This document shows, one piece after another, positions 38,499 through 51,887 of a DNA stretch of 64,000 nt. Each line of letters opens with the position of its first letter. Position 1 is the stretch's first letter. Where the stretch lies: positions 1,600,001 through 1,664,000 of the forward strand of contig CAVYGB010000002.1 of the NCBI GenBank assembly GCA_963767925.1. Reading direction: 5' to 3'. The notes below the pieces were generated by a model, which did no database searches, was not told where the DNA came from, and saw only the letters and a list, made by a program, of their open reading frames with translations. Both the position numbers and the translations under genes were made by a program. The stretch is from an uncultured delta proteobacterium. Lineage in GTDB: Bacteria > Myxococcota_A > Polyangia > Fen-1088.

Positions 38499-39257
38499 TC
38501 ACTCCGTGAACGGCATCAGGAGCCCGACCCCGAGGGTGGCGGCCAGGTCGTTGACCAGCTCGGTCTGGGCCAGGAGCTGCTGGCGGTAGATGTGGTTGCG
38601 GACGTCGAGGCGGATGGTGACCGCGCGGCCGACGAAGAAGCCGAAGCCGATGCCGGCGTTGCCCGCCACCCCGCTGGTCAGCACCGAATCGACCACCCCC
38701 GCGCCGAGGGTGACCGACACGTCGAAGTGCACGATCGACGCCCCCGACTGCAGCTTGGCGTGCAAGGGGGAGAAGACGAGGTTTGTCGAGAAGAGCAGGG
38801 CCCGTCGCTCGCGCCCCTCGAGCAAGGAGAAGGTCCGCTCGAGCTCCGGACCGGGCGTCGACAGCAGGCGGGTGTAAGCGGCGCTGGCCTCGATCGCGAA
38901 GTCCTCGGTCAGGTGGTAGGCATAGGCGCCGCCGGCCACCCAGGTGGCGTCGAACATGTCGGAGACGTAGTGTCCGCCGCGCAGGATCAGCTCGTGGCGG
39001 TTGGTCTTCTGCACCAGCCGATCCCGCACCGACCGCCGCTTCCGCTTGGCGTCCAGGTCGGCCTTCACCGCCTCGTCGAGGCACACCGCCCGGTCCTCCT
39101 CGGCCGCCGGCCCGGTCCGCGCCGCTTCGGGGGGCGCCGCTTCGGCGGGTGGGGGCAGCGGCAGCGGGGGCGGCTGCGCCCGGGCGCTCCCGGCCGGCGC
39201 GGCCGCCAGCAGCAGGGCGAACCCGGCGGCGGCGAACGGACGCCTCAACCGAGCCAT
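38499..39257 (-). CDS. Outer membrane beta-barrel domain protein (myxobacterial type)
   Basis: Signal peptide, KTNRHEL, YAYHLTEDFAIE, FSPLHAK, RLDVRN, terminal beta strand. Confidence 0.8.
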   Translation of the reverse strand: MARLRRPFAAAGFALLLAAAPAGSARAQPPPLPLPPPAEAAPPEAARTGPAAEEDRAVCLDEAVKADLDAKRKRRSVRDRLVQKTNRHELILRGGHYVSDMFDATWVAGGAYAYHLTEDFAIEASAAYTRLLSTPGPELERTFSLLEGRERRALLFSTNLVFSPLHAKLQSGASIVHFDVSVTLGAGVVDSVLTSGVAGNAGIGFGFFVGRAVTIRLDVRNHIYRQQLLAQTELVNDLAATLGVGLLMPFTE

Positions 39258-39964
39258 ATGCTGAGGCCCACCAGCACGGTGAGGTTGTGGGTGGTGCGGC
39301 CGCGGCCCAGCACCTCCTGGGGCAAGATGAAATCGCGCAGGTCGAAGCGCAGCGCCAGCCGCCGCCAGAGCGCCAGCCGCAGCCCCAGCCCGGCCTGGAA
39401 GGTGATTCCCTGCACGGAGTCGTGGAAGGTGCGGCCCGCGCCGGCGACGGCGTGCAGGTCGCCGTGCAAGATGGTCTCCTCGCTCAGCTTGAACTTGGCG
39501 TGGAAGGGCGAAAACAGCAGCCCGGCCATCGCCTGCAGGGCCGACCCGGGCACGAAGCGGCGGCTCTGCTCGAAGGAGGTGAAGGGCGCCTCCAGCCGGA
39601 ACCGCACCGGCGCGTAGCTGACCAGCACCTCGAGCCCCAGATCCTCGCTCGGGAAGAACGCCACCGCCGCCGCCGCCGTGTACGTCGACGACAGCAAGTC
39701 CGAGGCATACATTCCCCCGAGCGCCGCCAGCTCGAACCGCCCGCGCTTGAGGAAGTCCCGCTTCTGCACCCCCTTGCGCCGGTACCCGTCCGCAGTGAGG
39801 TCATCGAGACACCCCACCCGATTCGGCGCCTCGCCCTCCTCCTCGGGAGCCACCACCTCCTCCTCCGCCTCCGGATCCGCCACCTCGGGCGCCGCCCAGG
39901 CCCCACCCGAGACGAGCCCAATCCCCATCACACACGCAACCGGCAACACCCAACCACCCATCAT
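39245..39964 (-). CDS. Outer membrane beta-barrel domain protein, paralog of the downstream gene
   Basis: VQKRDFLKRGRFEL, FFPSEDLGLE, FSPFHAKF, RFDLRD, VGLSIWL. Confidence 0.8.
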   Translation of the reverse strand: MMGGWVLPVACVMGIGLVSGGAWAAPEVADPEAEEEVVAPEEEGEAPNRVGCLDDLTADGYRRKGVQKRDFLKRGRFELAALGGMYASDLLSSTYTAAAAVAFFPSEDLGLEVLVSYAPVRFRLEAPFTSFEQSRRFVPGSALQAMAGLLFSPFHAKFKLSEETILHGDLHAVAGAGRTFHDSVQGITFQAGLGLRLALWRRLALRFDLRDFILPQEVLGRGRTTHNLTVLVGLSIWLG

Positions 39965-40282
39965 GAAACCCCCTTGCCAGCGTACCCCGATCCGCACTCC
40001 CGGAGCAATCCCGCGCCCCCCACCAAGGACCACGCCTCCGCCTCAGCGCCAAAAGGCGCGGAGCCCACCCCTTTGGGCTACCATCGCCGCAAAAAGGCCC
40101 CCACTCCGCAACGTTTCCGTCCCTTCCCCCCGCCCCGTCCGTCGTCTCCGTCCCCGTCCCCCCTCTGCTCTGTCCCCCCCTCCCATCCACCCCACGTAGG
40201 TCCACACTCCCCCACAGCCCCGTGGTACACCCCTTTTCCCCCCTGAATTGCGCAAATGGTGTTGCCGGTGTTGGAGCTTCCG

Positions 40283-43367
<3,085 letters not shown>

Positions 43368-43521
43368 ATCACGCGCCGGGCCCTCCGGGGCTGCGCAGGA
43401 GTGCGTTGCGGCCTCAGGGGCGCGTCTCCGGCGTGCGCCGGAAGGGATTAGCGAGTAGGGTAGTGCCTGCGGCGGTTGGGCGGGGCGGTGCTGTGGAGAG
43501 GTCCCATCTTCCTTGCCAGCC

Positions 43522-44679
43522 ATGCGGTTCGAGTTCGCCACGGGCACACGCATCCGGTTCGGCGCAGGCGCCGTCGCCGACGTCCCGCAAATCGTGCGCG
43601 GGCTGGCGGTCCGGCGGGTCCTCCTTGTCACCGGGCGCACGCCCGAGCGGGCCGAACGCGTGCGTCAGGGCCTGCGCGCCGACGACCACGACCTGCTCGA
43701 ACTGGCGGTGACCGGCGAGCCCACCATCGAGCTGGTGCGCATGGCCGCCCAGCGGGCCATCGTGCAGCGCTGCGAGGCGGTGGTGGCCTTCGGCGGCGGC
43801 AGCGTCATCGACACGGCCAAGGCGGTGGCGGCGCTGGTGGCCAACCGGGGTGACCCGCGCGACTACCTCGAGGTGATCGGTCGCGGGCGCACGCTGGAGC
43901 GGACCTCCCTGCCGGTGGTGGCGATCCCCACCACCGCGGGCACCGGGGCCGAGGTCACCCGCAACGCCGTCCTGCTCTCGCGGCACGAGCGCACCAAGGC
44001 GAGCATGCGTTCGCCCACCCTGGCCCCGCTGGCGGCGGTCATCGATCCCGATCTGCTGGCCGGGGCCCCGCCCGCGCTGCTGCTGGCCACCGGCTTCGAT
44101 GCCCTCTCGCAGCTCATCGAGCCCTTCCTCTCGGCCCGGGCCAGCCCGCTCACCGACGCCTGGGCCCGCGAGGGCATACGGCGCTCGGTGCGCTCGCTGC
44201 GCCGGGCGGTGCTGGAGGGCCCCGACGCGGCGGCGCGCGAGGACCTGGCCATGGCCAGCCTGCTCGGGGGGCTGTGCCTGGCCAACGCCGGACTGGGAGC
44301 CGTGCACGGCTTCGCCGCCCCCGCCGGCGGCATGCTCGACGCCCCCCACGGCGCCGTTTGCGCCGCCCTGCTGGCCCCCGTCCTGGCCGTGAACCTGCAG
44401 GCCATCGCCGCGCGCGCGCCCGGCCACCGCAGCTTGCCCCGCTTCGCGGAGCTGGCGACCCTGCTCACCGGCCGCGGCACCGCCGACGTCCAGCAGAGCG
44501 TCCCCTTCCTCGAGGCCCTGGCCCGTGACCTGGGGGTGCCCGGCCTGGGCCGCATGGGCCTCACCGACTCCGAGATCCCCGGACTGCTCGATCGCGCCCG
44601 CCGCACCAACAGCCTGCGCGGCAACCCGATCGAGCTCACCGACGAAGAGCTCGCCGAGATCCCCCAGCGCGCCCTCTGA
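43522..44679 (+). CDS. Iron-containing alcohol dehydrogenase
   Basis: GGGSVIDTAK, IPTTAGTGAEVT, GLGAVHG, PHG. Confidence 0.92.
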   Translation: MRFEFATGTRIRFGAGAVADVPQIVRGLAVRRVLLVTGRTPERAERVRQGLRADDHDLLELAVTGEPTIELVRMAAQRAIVQRCEAVVAFGGGSVIDTAKAVAALVANRGDPRDYLEVIGRGRTLERTSLPVVAIPTTAGTGAEVTRNAVLLSRHERTKASMRSPTLAPLAAVIDPDLLAGAPPALLLATGFDALSQLIEPFLSARASPLTDAWAREGIRRSVRSLRRAVLEGPDAAAREDLAMASLLGGLCLANAGLGAVHGFAAPAGGMLDAPHGAVCAALLAPVLAVNLQAIAARAPGHRSLPRFAELATLLTGRGTADVQQSVPFLEALARDLGVPGLGRMGLTDSEIPGLLDRARRTNSLRGNPIELTDEELAEIPQRAL

Positions 44680-44777
44680 CCCTGCAGCGAGCCGCAGTTT
44701 TCCTCCTCACCGTCGAATCGCCCTTCCCTCGGCTCGAGGAATGAACAGCTTCCTGATGATCGTTGGGAGGTGACCAC

Positions 44778-45128
44778 ATGGCAAACCGGTCGAAGGGCAA
44801 GATGGGTACATTGGGCGAGGACCTGGACGCTGCGGATCGCGATGAGCGAAGCGCGTCCGGCGCTCCGGGCGCCGTCCTGGGCGAGGGCGAGTCGGTCGGC
44901 CCCTGGTCGGACGAGGAAGAGGAGGCAAACGCCTTCGATGCCGCTTCGGACCAGGAGCACGAAGACGCCGACGAAGACAGCGATGAAGACGCTGACGACG
45001 ACGAAGGTGAGGACCTCGAGACGGAGACCGGTTATCAGGCCGCCCTGGCCGAGGAGGTGACGGGGGACGAGTCACCCGTGGATCCTCCGAGCTCGCCTCC
45101 GAGCCCGAAGCGCCGTCGCAGCCATTGA
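44778..45128 (+). CDS. Small acidic, likely disordered hypothetical protein
   Basis: GGAGG RBS, D/E-rich ORF with basic ends. Confidence 0.6.
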   Translation: MANRSKGKMGTLGEDLDAADRDERSASGAPGAVLGEGESVGPWSDEEEEANAFDAASDQEHEDADEDSDEDADDDEGEDLETETGYQAALAEEVTGDESPVDPPSSPPSPKRRRSH

Positions 45129-45140
45129 CCCCTCGGCGTC

Positions 45141-45174
45141 CGAGCTCCGCGGAGCGCTGGCCCCGCGGAGCTCG
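45141..45174. terminator. Hairpin between convergent genes
   Basis: 12-bp stem cgagctccgcgg / ccgcggagctcg, no U tract. Confidence 0.45.
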
Positions 45175-45185
45175 ACGTCTCTTCA

Positions 45186-45689
45186 TCAGGTGCTGGGTTG
45201 CTGCCGCGACAGCTCCTCGGGGATGTCGTTGCGGGGCTCGGAGTCTTCCAGCTCGGTCTGCAGGGCCATCATCTCCTGGGCGATGGCCGCCAGCTCCTCC
45301 TTGTCGAGCACCTTGCGGGAGGCGGGAAACAGCGACCCCTCTTCCTCCTCCACGTGGTGCTCGACCTGCTCCTTGAGCACCTTGACCTGGGCGTCGAAGG
45401 TCGGCTCGCTCGGATCCGCTTCGAGCAGATCGGCCAGCAGCCGCTTGACGCTCGTGTGCTCGACGAAGGCCTCTAGGACCATGTCCTCGGTCTTCTTGTC
45501 CTGGACCGCCGGATAGAAGAACTCCTCCTCGATGCGGGCGTGGACGGCCAGCTTGTCGGCCAGGTCCTCGAAGAGGGCGGCCTTGTCCTTGGGGTCCTCC
45601 GCCCCCTCGATCTCCTTGAACAGCTTCTCCACCTCGCGGTGCTGCGCGCTCAGCATCTCGATCGCGTCGATCTCTTTCTTGGTTGCCAT
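45186..45689 (-). CDS. Hemerythrin HHE cation-binding domain protein
   Basis: QHREVE, HARIEEEFFYP, EH, HHVEEEE..LFP. Confidence 0.92.
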   Translation of the reverse strand: MATKKEIDAIEMLSAQHREVEKLFKEIEGAEDPKDKAALFEDLADKLAVHARIEEEFFYPAVQDKKTEDMVLEAFVEHTSVKRLLADLLEADPSEPTFDAQVKVLKEQVEHHVEEEEGSLFPASRKVLDKEELAAIAQEMMALQTELEDSEPRNDIPEELSRQQPST

Positions 45690-45897
45690 CTTTGTGAATC
45701 CTCCAGCTGCCTCGTACAGCAGAAGGTGTGCCAGGCCCGCGGCCCGAAAAACTCAGCAAAATCCCGCATCTCCGGCGCCGTCTGTGGCGACCCGGTAACC
45801 GCCCGCACCGGTTCGTGACGACATGCCGGCCGTTGCCTCGTCGCGAGTCGCGGCGCGATCGCCACGGCGACGGGCCGTGGCGCGTGACCGCCGGGCG

Positions 45898-45947
45898 AAA
45901 AAAAAACAGGGAGCAACCGAGCCGGCGGGCGGCCCGGTTGCTCCCTG
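45898..45947 (-). terminator. Rho-independent terminator
   Basis: Stem cagggagcaaccg / cggttgctccctg next to an A9 run (U tract on the minus strand). Confidence 0.85.
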
Positions 45948-45999
45948 TGATTCCTCTCATTTTCCGTCGAGGGACCGTGAGGCCGCGCGTGCCCGGCGG

Positions 46000-46824
46000 T
46001 CAGATCCGGAAGTGCAGCAGGAGGCTCAGCGAGCGGTAGTCGGTGCGGTCGACGCCCGGGGGCTGGTTGCCCAGCAGGTTGTCGAAGCTGAAGCGCGCGC
46101 CCACGTCGACGCTCTCGTTGACGTTGAAGATCACGCCCAGGCCGAACGGCGCCTGGTAGGTGTCACCGAAGTTCGACAGCGGTCCGGTCACGCCGCTCAG
46201 GATCTTGAACACGCTGGTGTCCGACAGCTGAAACTGCAGCTCGATCGGCAGGAACAGCCAGTTGGGGTTGCCGGCGTCCCGTTCGGTCAGGGCGATGCCG
46301 ATCTGGGGGTCGAAGAACAGGGCGAAGGCGTCGGAGAAGTGGATCTTGCCGGCCGCGCCCACCGTCAACATCAGGTAGCGCGGATCTTCGATCTGCAGGG
46401 CGTAGAGGCCCGTGTGCAGCGACAGGTGAAAGTCCGGGCTGTAGGCCAGGCCGATCAAGGCGTCGACGCCCACGTTGTCGTAGACCTGGGGACAGCGGCC
46501 GTCGGTGCCGCTGAGACAGAGGCCGGCTCCCGGCAACGTCTGCCAGCCCATGGGCAGGTTGTGCACGAGCCCGAGCTGGAAGGTGTCGCTGAAGCTGAAG
46601 TAGAAGTCGGGGGCCAGCGACACGGGCTCGCCCACCGAACCTTCGGTCATGTTGACGTGCAACAGGATGCGCGAATGGAAGAGCCCGGCAGGGCCCTGCA
46701 CGCCCCGCTGGACCGACTCCATGCCCATGGGCGCGTTGCTGACCGGCGGGACATCGACCTGGGCAGCCGCGATCCCCGGCACGGCGAGCAACCCGAGAAC
46801 AAGAGACGCTTGTGAGATACGCAT
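46000..46824 (-). CDS. Putative outer-membrane beta-barrel protein
   Basis: Signal peptide ending AAA-Q, amphipathic strands, C-terminus SLSLLLHFRI. Confidence 0.65.
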   Translation of the reverse strand: MRISQASLVLGLLAVPGIAAAQVDVPPVSNAPMGMESVQRGVQGPAGLFHSRILLHVNMTEGSVGEPVSLAPDFYFSFSDTFQLGLVHNLPMGWQTLPGAGLCLSGTDGRCPQVYDNVGVDALIGLAYSPDFHLSLHTGLYALQIEDPRYLMLTVGAAGKIHFSDAFALFFDPQIGIALTERDAGNPNWLFLPIELQFQLSDTSVFKILSGVTGPLSNFGDTYQAPFGLGVIFNVNESVDVGARFSFDNLLGNQPPGVDRTDYRSLSLLLHFRI

Positions 46825-46993
46825 GTCCGACAATGTGCGTCCGGTGACGGCCGTCGGTGATCGGGACCATCCTGGGGGGTAGTCCCCGTCCCCGGGGGCT
46901 CCGATCGGGCCGTCCGGAGCGGATGGACATGCCTTGCACGCCCGGCTCCGGTCACGGCGCTCGGCCTGGCCGCATACTCCAGGTCGCGGCGGC

Positions 46994-47030
46994 AAAGAAA
47001 AAGGGGCGGCGGCCTTCCGGCCCCGCCCCC
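46994..47030 (-). terminator. Rho-independent terminator after the BON gene
   Basis: ggggcgg..ccgcccc hairpin preceded by aaagaaaaa. Confidence 0.75.
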
Positions 47031-47050
47031 TCGTGCCGCCCAGGGCGCGA

Positions 47051-47755
47051 CTAAGGTATCAGCGGCTCGGCGCGCTGGGTGGACCCGGGAGGGGTCTTGG
47101 GAGGCGCCGGCGGGGTGCGCTTCTCGGTCAGATCCGGCGGCAACCGGTCCGGGACCGACAGATCCGGGCGCTCCGCGGGGGGCGCCTGGGCCGGGTCGGT
47201 CGCGCTCGGGGTGGGCCACTCGGGCTGGGCCGGGTCGGGCCGGGCCGGCGGCGGCAGCAGGCTGGGCGTGGTGGTCGAGCGGCGCTCGGTGGGCGCGGGC
47301 TGGACCGGGTCGTTCGGGTCGGGGGCCCGGCGCTCGCTGGGCGCCGGGGTGGTTGCCTCGCGCGGGCGCGTGCTCTTGCGCTTGGCGGGGTCACCGGCCG
47401 GCCGGGCCGCCTCCTTGCTGCCGCGGACGAAGATCTGGTTGTCGACCTCGTCCACGCCCTTGACCGACTCGGCGGCCCGCTGGGCGGCGGCCTTGTCCTT
47501 CGCGGTCGCGGTCGTACCGGTGAGGATGACCTTGCCGCTCATCACCGTCACGTCGAGGCCCTGCGCCTTGAGCGTGGCGTCCTTGTCGAAGCGGGTCTCG
47601 ACCTGCTTTTCAAGGTTCGCGTCGCGCGCCTGTGAGGTCTCGTCCCGGCTCGTGTTCAGCTCGGGCTGCTCGGCCCGGGCCACATCAGATCCACCGAGGA
47701 GAACGCACAGCGCGGCGGTCCCCAGGCACCACCCCTGATGTCCTTGCATGGTCAT
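47051..47755 (-). CDS. BON-domain (OsmY-like) secreted protein with Pro-rich tail
   Basis: LDVTVMSGKVILTG..A..AAESVKGVDEVDNQI. Confidence 0.85.
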   Translation of the reverse strand: MTMQGHQGWCLGTAALCVLLGGSDVARAEQPELNTSRDETSQARDANLEKQVETRFDKDATLKAQGLDVTVMSGKVILTGTTATAKDKAAAQRAAESVKGVDEVDNQIFVRGSKEAARPAGDPAKRKSTRPREATTPAPSERRAPDPNDPVQPAPTERRSTTTPSLLPPPARPDPAQPEWPTPSATDPAQAPPAERPDLSVPDRLPPDLTEKRTPPAPPKTPPGSTQRAEPLIP

Positions 47756-47941
47756 CCTTCCTTCCGCGGCGGCAAGAGTTCAATCCGCATGCCGGCGGCG
47801 ACGGCCCTCGAAATACCGATAAACCGCACGCCCGCCGGCTCCGGTCCTCGGAGCCGTTACGGAGGCACCACCGGACGTTACGCCGGCACGACCCGGCCAA
47901 CGCGCGCCAGCAGGCCCGCGCGGGCCCGGCGCCCGCGCGCT

Positions 47942-48796
47942 TCAGAGCGGGCGAGGGGATTTCAGCGAGGCGGCCTGGTATCCCACGTTCTCCTGCATCG
48001 AGGAGGCGGGGGCGCAGGGCGGGGCGGGCTCGCCGGCGGCGGGCGGCTCGGCGGGGCGGGCGCGGGTGGTGGTGAAGCGCTCGAGGCGCGTGCGGAACAG
48101 CAGCTCGAAGTCGACGGTCTGCTCGCTCACACAGCCGTCGGGCTCGACCGTGGTCTGGTCGCCCGGCCCCCACCACAGCACCTTGGGCGGGGCGTGGGCC
48201 ACGAGCTGCAGCAGCACCCCGATCTCGCGCGACTCGGGCCGGGCGGTCGTGCCGCCGGTGCCGACCACGCCCATGCGCACCAGGCTGCGGTCGCTGCGCG
48301 TGCGGCGGATCTTCACGCCCACCTCGCGGCTCGACCGGATGAGCGCCTCGATCTCCCTGGCCGGCGCCGGCTCGACCTCGTACACCAGCGTGCGCGAGTG
48401 GGGGCCCCCGGTGAGAAAGTGGAAGGTGGGCAGGGCGGGGCCCTTCTCGGCGAAGGTGAGGGCGGCCGCGCCCCAGTAAAACCCTTCGTAGAGGACCGCG
48501 CAGTCGCTGCGCACGGCCCGCGCCGCCGCCCGCTTGCCCCGGGTGCCGGCGCCGCCGGGGGGGCGGGACAGGCCAGCGAACGTCTCGGCGGGGGGGCAGG
48601 TGATGGGGGCGGCGTCCGGTCGCTGGGCGACGATGGGTCGGGCCGCCGCCGGGGCCGGCGCCGCGGCGGGGGCCGGTGGGGGCGGCGCCTTCTTGCAGGC
48701 GAGCGCCAGCGAGGACGCCGCCAGGCCGAGCATGCAGAGAAACACCGAGCGCTGGGCGGTCACGGCGGGCGACCCTACCACCGCCGCCGCTTGCAC
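47942..48796 (-). CDS. Hypothetical lipoprotein (start uncertain)
   Basis: Lipobox LALAC followed by KKAPPP. Confidence 0.6.
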   Translation of the reverse strand: MQAAAVVGSPAVTAQRSVFLCMLGLAASSLALACKKAPPPPAPAAAPAPAAARPIVAQRPDAAPITCPPAETFAGLSRPPGGAGTRGKRAAARAVRSDCAVLYEGFYWGAAALTFAEKGPALPTFHFLTGGPHSRTLVYEVEPAPAREIEALIRSSREVGVKIRRTRSDRSLVRMGVVGTGGTTARPESREIGVLLQLVAHAPPKVLWWGPGDQTTVEPDGCVSEQTVDFELLFRTRLERFTTTRARPAEPPAAGEPAPPCAPASSMQENVGYQAASLKSPRPL

Positions 48797-48832
48797 GCAC
48801 CGGTCGATGACCGGATACTCGAATGACCTCGC

Positions 48833-50206
48833 ATGGCCCAGACCATCTCGACCGCGAAGGAAGCCATCGATCGGGTGAGGCAGTCACCCGCCACAAAGGT
48901 GAAGATCGCGGTCGTCGACATCGACGGGGTGCTGCGCGGCAAATACGTCCACAAGGACAAGTTCATGTCCGCGGTCGAGGGCGGCATGGGATTTTGCAAC
49001 GTCGTGTTCGGCTGGGACAGCGGCGACGTCTGCTACGACAACGCCCGCTACACCGGCTGGCACACCGGCTACCCCGACGCCCTCGCGAAGATCGACCTCG
49101 CGACCTACCGCGAGGTCCCCTGGGACAACAAGGTCCCCTTCTTCCTCGCCGACTTCGAGACCGAGGCGGGCGCCCCCCTCGGGATCTGTCCCCGCCAGCT
49201 CCTCAAGAAGGTCATCGCCCGCGCGCGCGCGGCCGGCCTTCACCCGCTGATGTCGCTGGAGTACGAGTGGTTCAACTTCCGCGAGACCTCGCAGTCGATG
49301 GCCGACAAGGGCTACGCCTCGCCGCAGCCGCTGACCCCCGGGATGTTCGGCTACTCGATCCTGCGCCTCAACCAGAACCACCCCTTCGTCAACGCCCTGT
49401 TCGACGAGATGGCCGCCTTCAACGTCCCAATCGAGGGCCTGCACACCGAGACCGGGCCCGGCGTGTTCGAGGTGGCGCTCCTCTATTGTGACCCGCTCGA
49501 GGCGGCCGACCGGGCGGTGCTGTTCAAGACCGGGGCCAAGGAGATCGGCCACCGCTTCGGGATCATGCCGACCTTCATGGCCAAGTGGAACCCCGACTTG
49601 CCCGGCTGCAGCGGCCACATCCACCAGTCGCTCTGGGACGCCGACCACAAGACCAACCTGTTTCACGACCCGGCCCGCCCCCACCACATGAGCCCCCTGT
49701 TCGAGAGCTACCTGGCCGGCCAGCTCCAGACCATGGTCGACCTGCTGCCGCTGTTCGCCCCCACCATCAACAGCTACAAGCGCCTCACCGAGGGGGCCTG
49801 GGCCCCCACCCGGGCCAACTGGGGCGTCGACAACCGCACCACCGCCCTGCGGGTCATCCCGGGCAGCGCCAGGTCGACCCGCCTCGAGACCCGGGTCAAC
49901 GGCTCGGACACGAACCCTTACCTGGCCCTGGCGGCGGCCCTGGCCGGCGGCCTGCACGGCATCGAGCGCAAGCTCACCCTGCCCCGCGGCCCCGTGCAGG
50001 GGAGCGGCTACGCCGACAGTGCGGCGACGGTCCTGCCCCGCAACCTCGACGAGGCGACCAACCGCCTCGACAAGTCGGAGGTCGCGCGCGAGCTGCTGGG
50101 GTCCGAGTTCGTCGATCACTTCGTGGCCAGTCGGCGCTGGGAGTGGCGGCAGTGGAGCCGCGCCGTCACGAGCTGGGAGCTGGCTCGATATTTCGAGATC
50201 ATCTGA
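48833..50206 (+). CDS. Glutamine synthetase family protein (gamma-glutamyl-amine ligase, PuuA-like)
   Basis: DIDGVLRGK, EYEW, HTETGPGVFE, TFMAK, GCSGHIHQSL, NSYKR, WGVDNRT, ETRV. Confidence 0.9.
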   Translation: MAQTISTAKEAIDRVRQSPATKVKIAVVDIDGVLRGKYVHKDKFMSAVEGGMGFCNVVFGWDSGDVCYDNARYTGWHTGYPDALAKIDLATYREVPWDNKVPFFLADFETEAGAPLGICPRQLLKKVIARARAAGLHPLMSLEYEWFNFRETSQSMADKGYASPQPLTPGMFGYSILRLNQNHPFVNALFDEMAAFNVPIEGLHTETGPGVFEVALLYCDPLEAADRAVLFKTGAKEIGHRFGIMPTFMAKWNPDLPGCSGHIHQSLWDADHKTNLFHDPARPHHMSPLFESYLAGQLQTMVDLLPLFAPTINSYKRLTEGAWAPTRANWGVDNRTTALRVIPGSARSTRLETRVNGSDTNPYLALAAALAGGLHGIERKLTLPRGPVQGSGYADSAATVLPRNLDEATNRLDKSEVARELLGSEFVDHFVASRRWEWRQWSRAVTSWELARYFEII

Positions 50207-50244
50207 CGATATAGCCCGGACGACCTAGCGACGAGGGGGCACCC

Positions 50245-51441
50245 ATGGCGATCCACGGTTTCAACTTTCCCACCCGCATCCTCTATGGCGCCGAGGCGAT
50301 CGGCCTGCTGCCCGGCCTGCTCACCGAGCTCGAGAGCCGCCGCCCGCTCCTCGTCACCGATCGCCAGCTCGCCGAGCTGCGGCCGGTGACCGGCACCCGC
50401 AAGCTGCTCGACGACGCCGGCCTGGCCCCCGCGGTCTTCTCCGGCATCTGGGGCAACCCGGTCAAGTCGCAGGTCAGCGCCGGGGTGGCCGCCTACCAGG
50501 CCCACAAGGCCGACGCCGTCGTCGCCCTCGGCGGCGGCGCCGCCATCGACGTGGCGAAGGCCATCTTGCTGATGGTCAACCACCCCGGCGACCTGTTCGA
50601 CTACGAAGACGGCAAGCCCGACGCCCGCCCCATCGACCGCGCGCTGCCCCCCTTCCTGGCCGTCCCCACCACCGCCGGCACCGGCAGCGAGGTCGGCCGC
50701 AGCACCGTCATCTCCGACGACGACAGCAAGGTGAAGAAGATCATCTTCTCCCCCCGCTTGCTGGCGGTGCGCGTGCTGATCGATCCCGACCTCACCCTGG
50801 GGCTGCCCGCCGGGGCCACCGCCTCGACCGGCATGGACGCCGTCACCCACCTCGTCGAGGCCTACCTGGCCAAGGACTTCCACCCGATGTGCGAGGGGAT
50901 CGCCCTGCAGGGGCTGCGCCTGGTGGCGCCCAACCTCCCCCGCTGCGTCGACTACGCCCGCAAGATGGCGAGCGGCGACCGCCAGCTCATGTCCGACGAG
51001 GCCCACCGGGAGGCCCGGGGGCTCATGCTCAACGCCGCCATGATGGGCGGGGTGGCCTTCCAGAAGGGCCTCGGTGTCACCCACTCGCTGGCCCACGCGC
51101 TGTCGACGGTGTGCGACCTGCACCACGGCCTGGCCAACGGCATCTGCATCTCCTACGCGATGGCCTTCAACCAGGACGTCGCCGCCCAGAAGATGGCCGA
51201 CATCGCCGCGGCGGTGGGGGCCAGGAGCGCCAGCGCCGCCGGCTTTCTCGGCTGGCTCGCCGAGCTGCGCGCCGCCATCGGCATCCCCAACACGCTGGCC
51301 GAGGCCGGGGTCAAGGCCGAGCACCTGCCCCGCCTGGTCGAGATCGCGGTCGCCGACGGCTGCCACGCCAACAACCCCAAGCCGGTCACCGCCGACAACT
51401 TCCGCACCCTCTTCCAGAACGCCCTCGCCGGCAAGCTGTAG
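50245..51441 (+). CDS. Iron-containing alcohol dehydrogenase
   Basis: GGGAAIDVAK, PTTAGTGSEVGR, MDAVTH, HSLAH, HHG. Confidence 0.93.
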   Translation: MAIHGFNFPTRILYGAEAIGLLPGLLTELESRRPLLVTDRQLAELRPVTGTRKLLDDAGLAPAVFSGIWGNPVKSQVSAGVAAYQAHKADAVVALGGGAAIDVAKAILLMVNHPGDLFDYEDGKPDARPIDRALPPFLAVPTTAGTGSEVGRSTVISDDDSKVKKIIFSPRLLAVRVLIDPDLTLGLPAGATASTGMDAVTHLVEAYLAKDFHPMCEGIALQGLRLVAPNLPRCVDYARKMASGDRQLMSDEAHREARGLMLNAAMMGGVAFQKGLGVTHSLAHALSTVCDLHHGLANGICISYAMAFNQDVAAQKMADIAAAVGARSASAAGFLGWLAELRAAIGIPNTLAEAGVKAEHLPRLVEIAVADGCHANNPKPVTADNFRTLFQNALAGKL

Positions 51442-51504
51442 CGACCGCCGCGCGCCCCCCTCGGGGGGCGCCACCCGCCGCCCGCGACGAAGAGACGACC
51501 CACC

Positions 51505-51831
51505 ATGCCCATCCTGGAGTGCCGCCGGGTCGTCTTCTTCTCGCGGCTCGACGAAGCGGCCTTCTTCGGCCAGCTCGAGGCGAACCGGGCGGTGCGCAAG
51601 ATCGAGGCGGTGGGCGACACCATCCGCCTGCACGTCGCCAGGGCCCTCTCCGAGCCGGCGCTGCGGGATCTGCTCGCCACCTTCCACCGCTACAAGATCC
51701 GGATGGACCAGCTCGCCCAGCTCGCCTCCGATCGCAACCGGCCCTGGTTCACCGACCCCCGGGCCTACTGGCACCGCGGCGTCTTCGGCAAGCCGCCCCC
51801 CGCAGGACCGCGCCGCCCGCCGCGGCGGTAG
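51505..51831 (+). CDS. Small hypothetical protein
   Basis: Fills the operon gap, coding-like codon use, DEAAFF..LRDLLATFHRY..WF..AYWH. Confidence 0.7.
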   Translation: MPILECRRVVFFSRLDEAAFFGQLEANRAVRKIEAVGDTIRLHVARALSEPALRDLLATFHRYKIRMDQLAQLASDRNRPWFTDPRAYWHRGVFGKPPPAGPRRPPRR

Positions 51832-51887
51832 CTCCGGAGGGCCGTTTCGGGTTTGCGCACGCCCGTCGGGCTTGGGAAAATGAAGGG

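Noticed and set aside
40040..40245. ncRNA in the C-rich gap between the OMP and methyltransferase genes
   Set aside because: No stable or recognisable structure; more simply a skewed divergent promoter region.
48833..50206. Housekeeping glutamine synthetase glnA
   Set aside because: The operon context (C26 hydrolase, ALDH, ADH) and N-terminal motifs fit GS-like gamma-glutamyl ligases, so no symbol was assigned.
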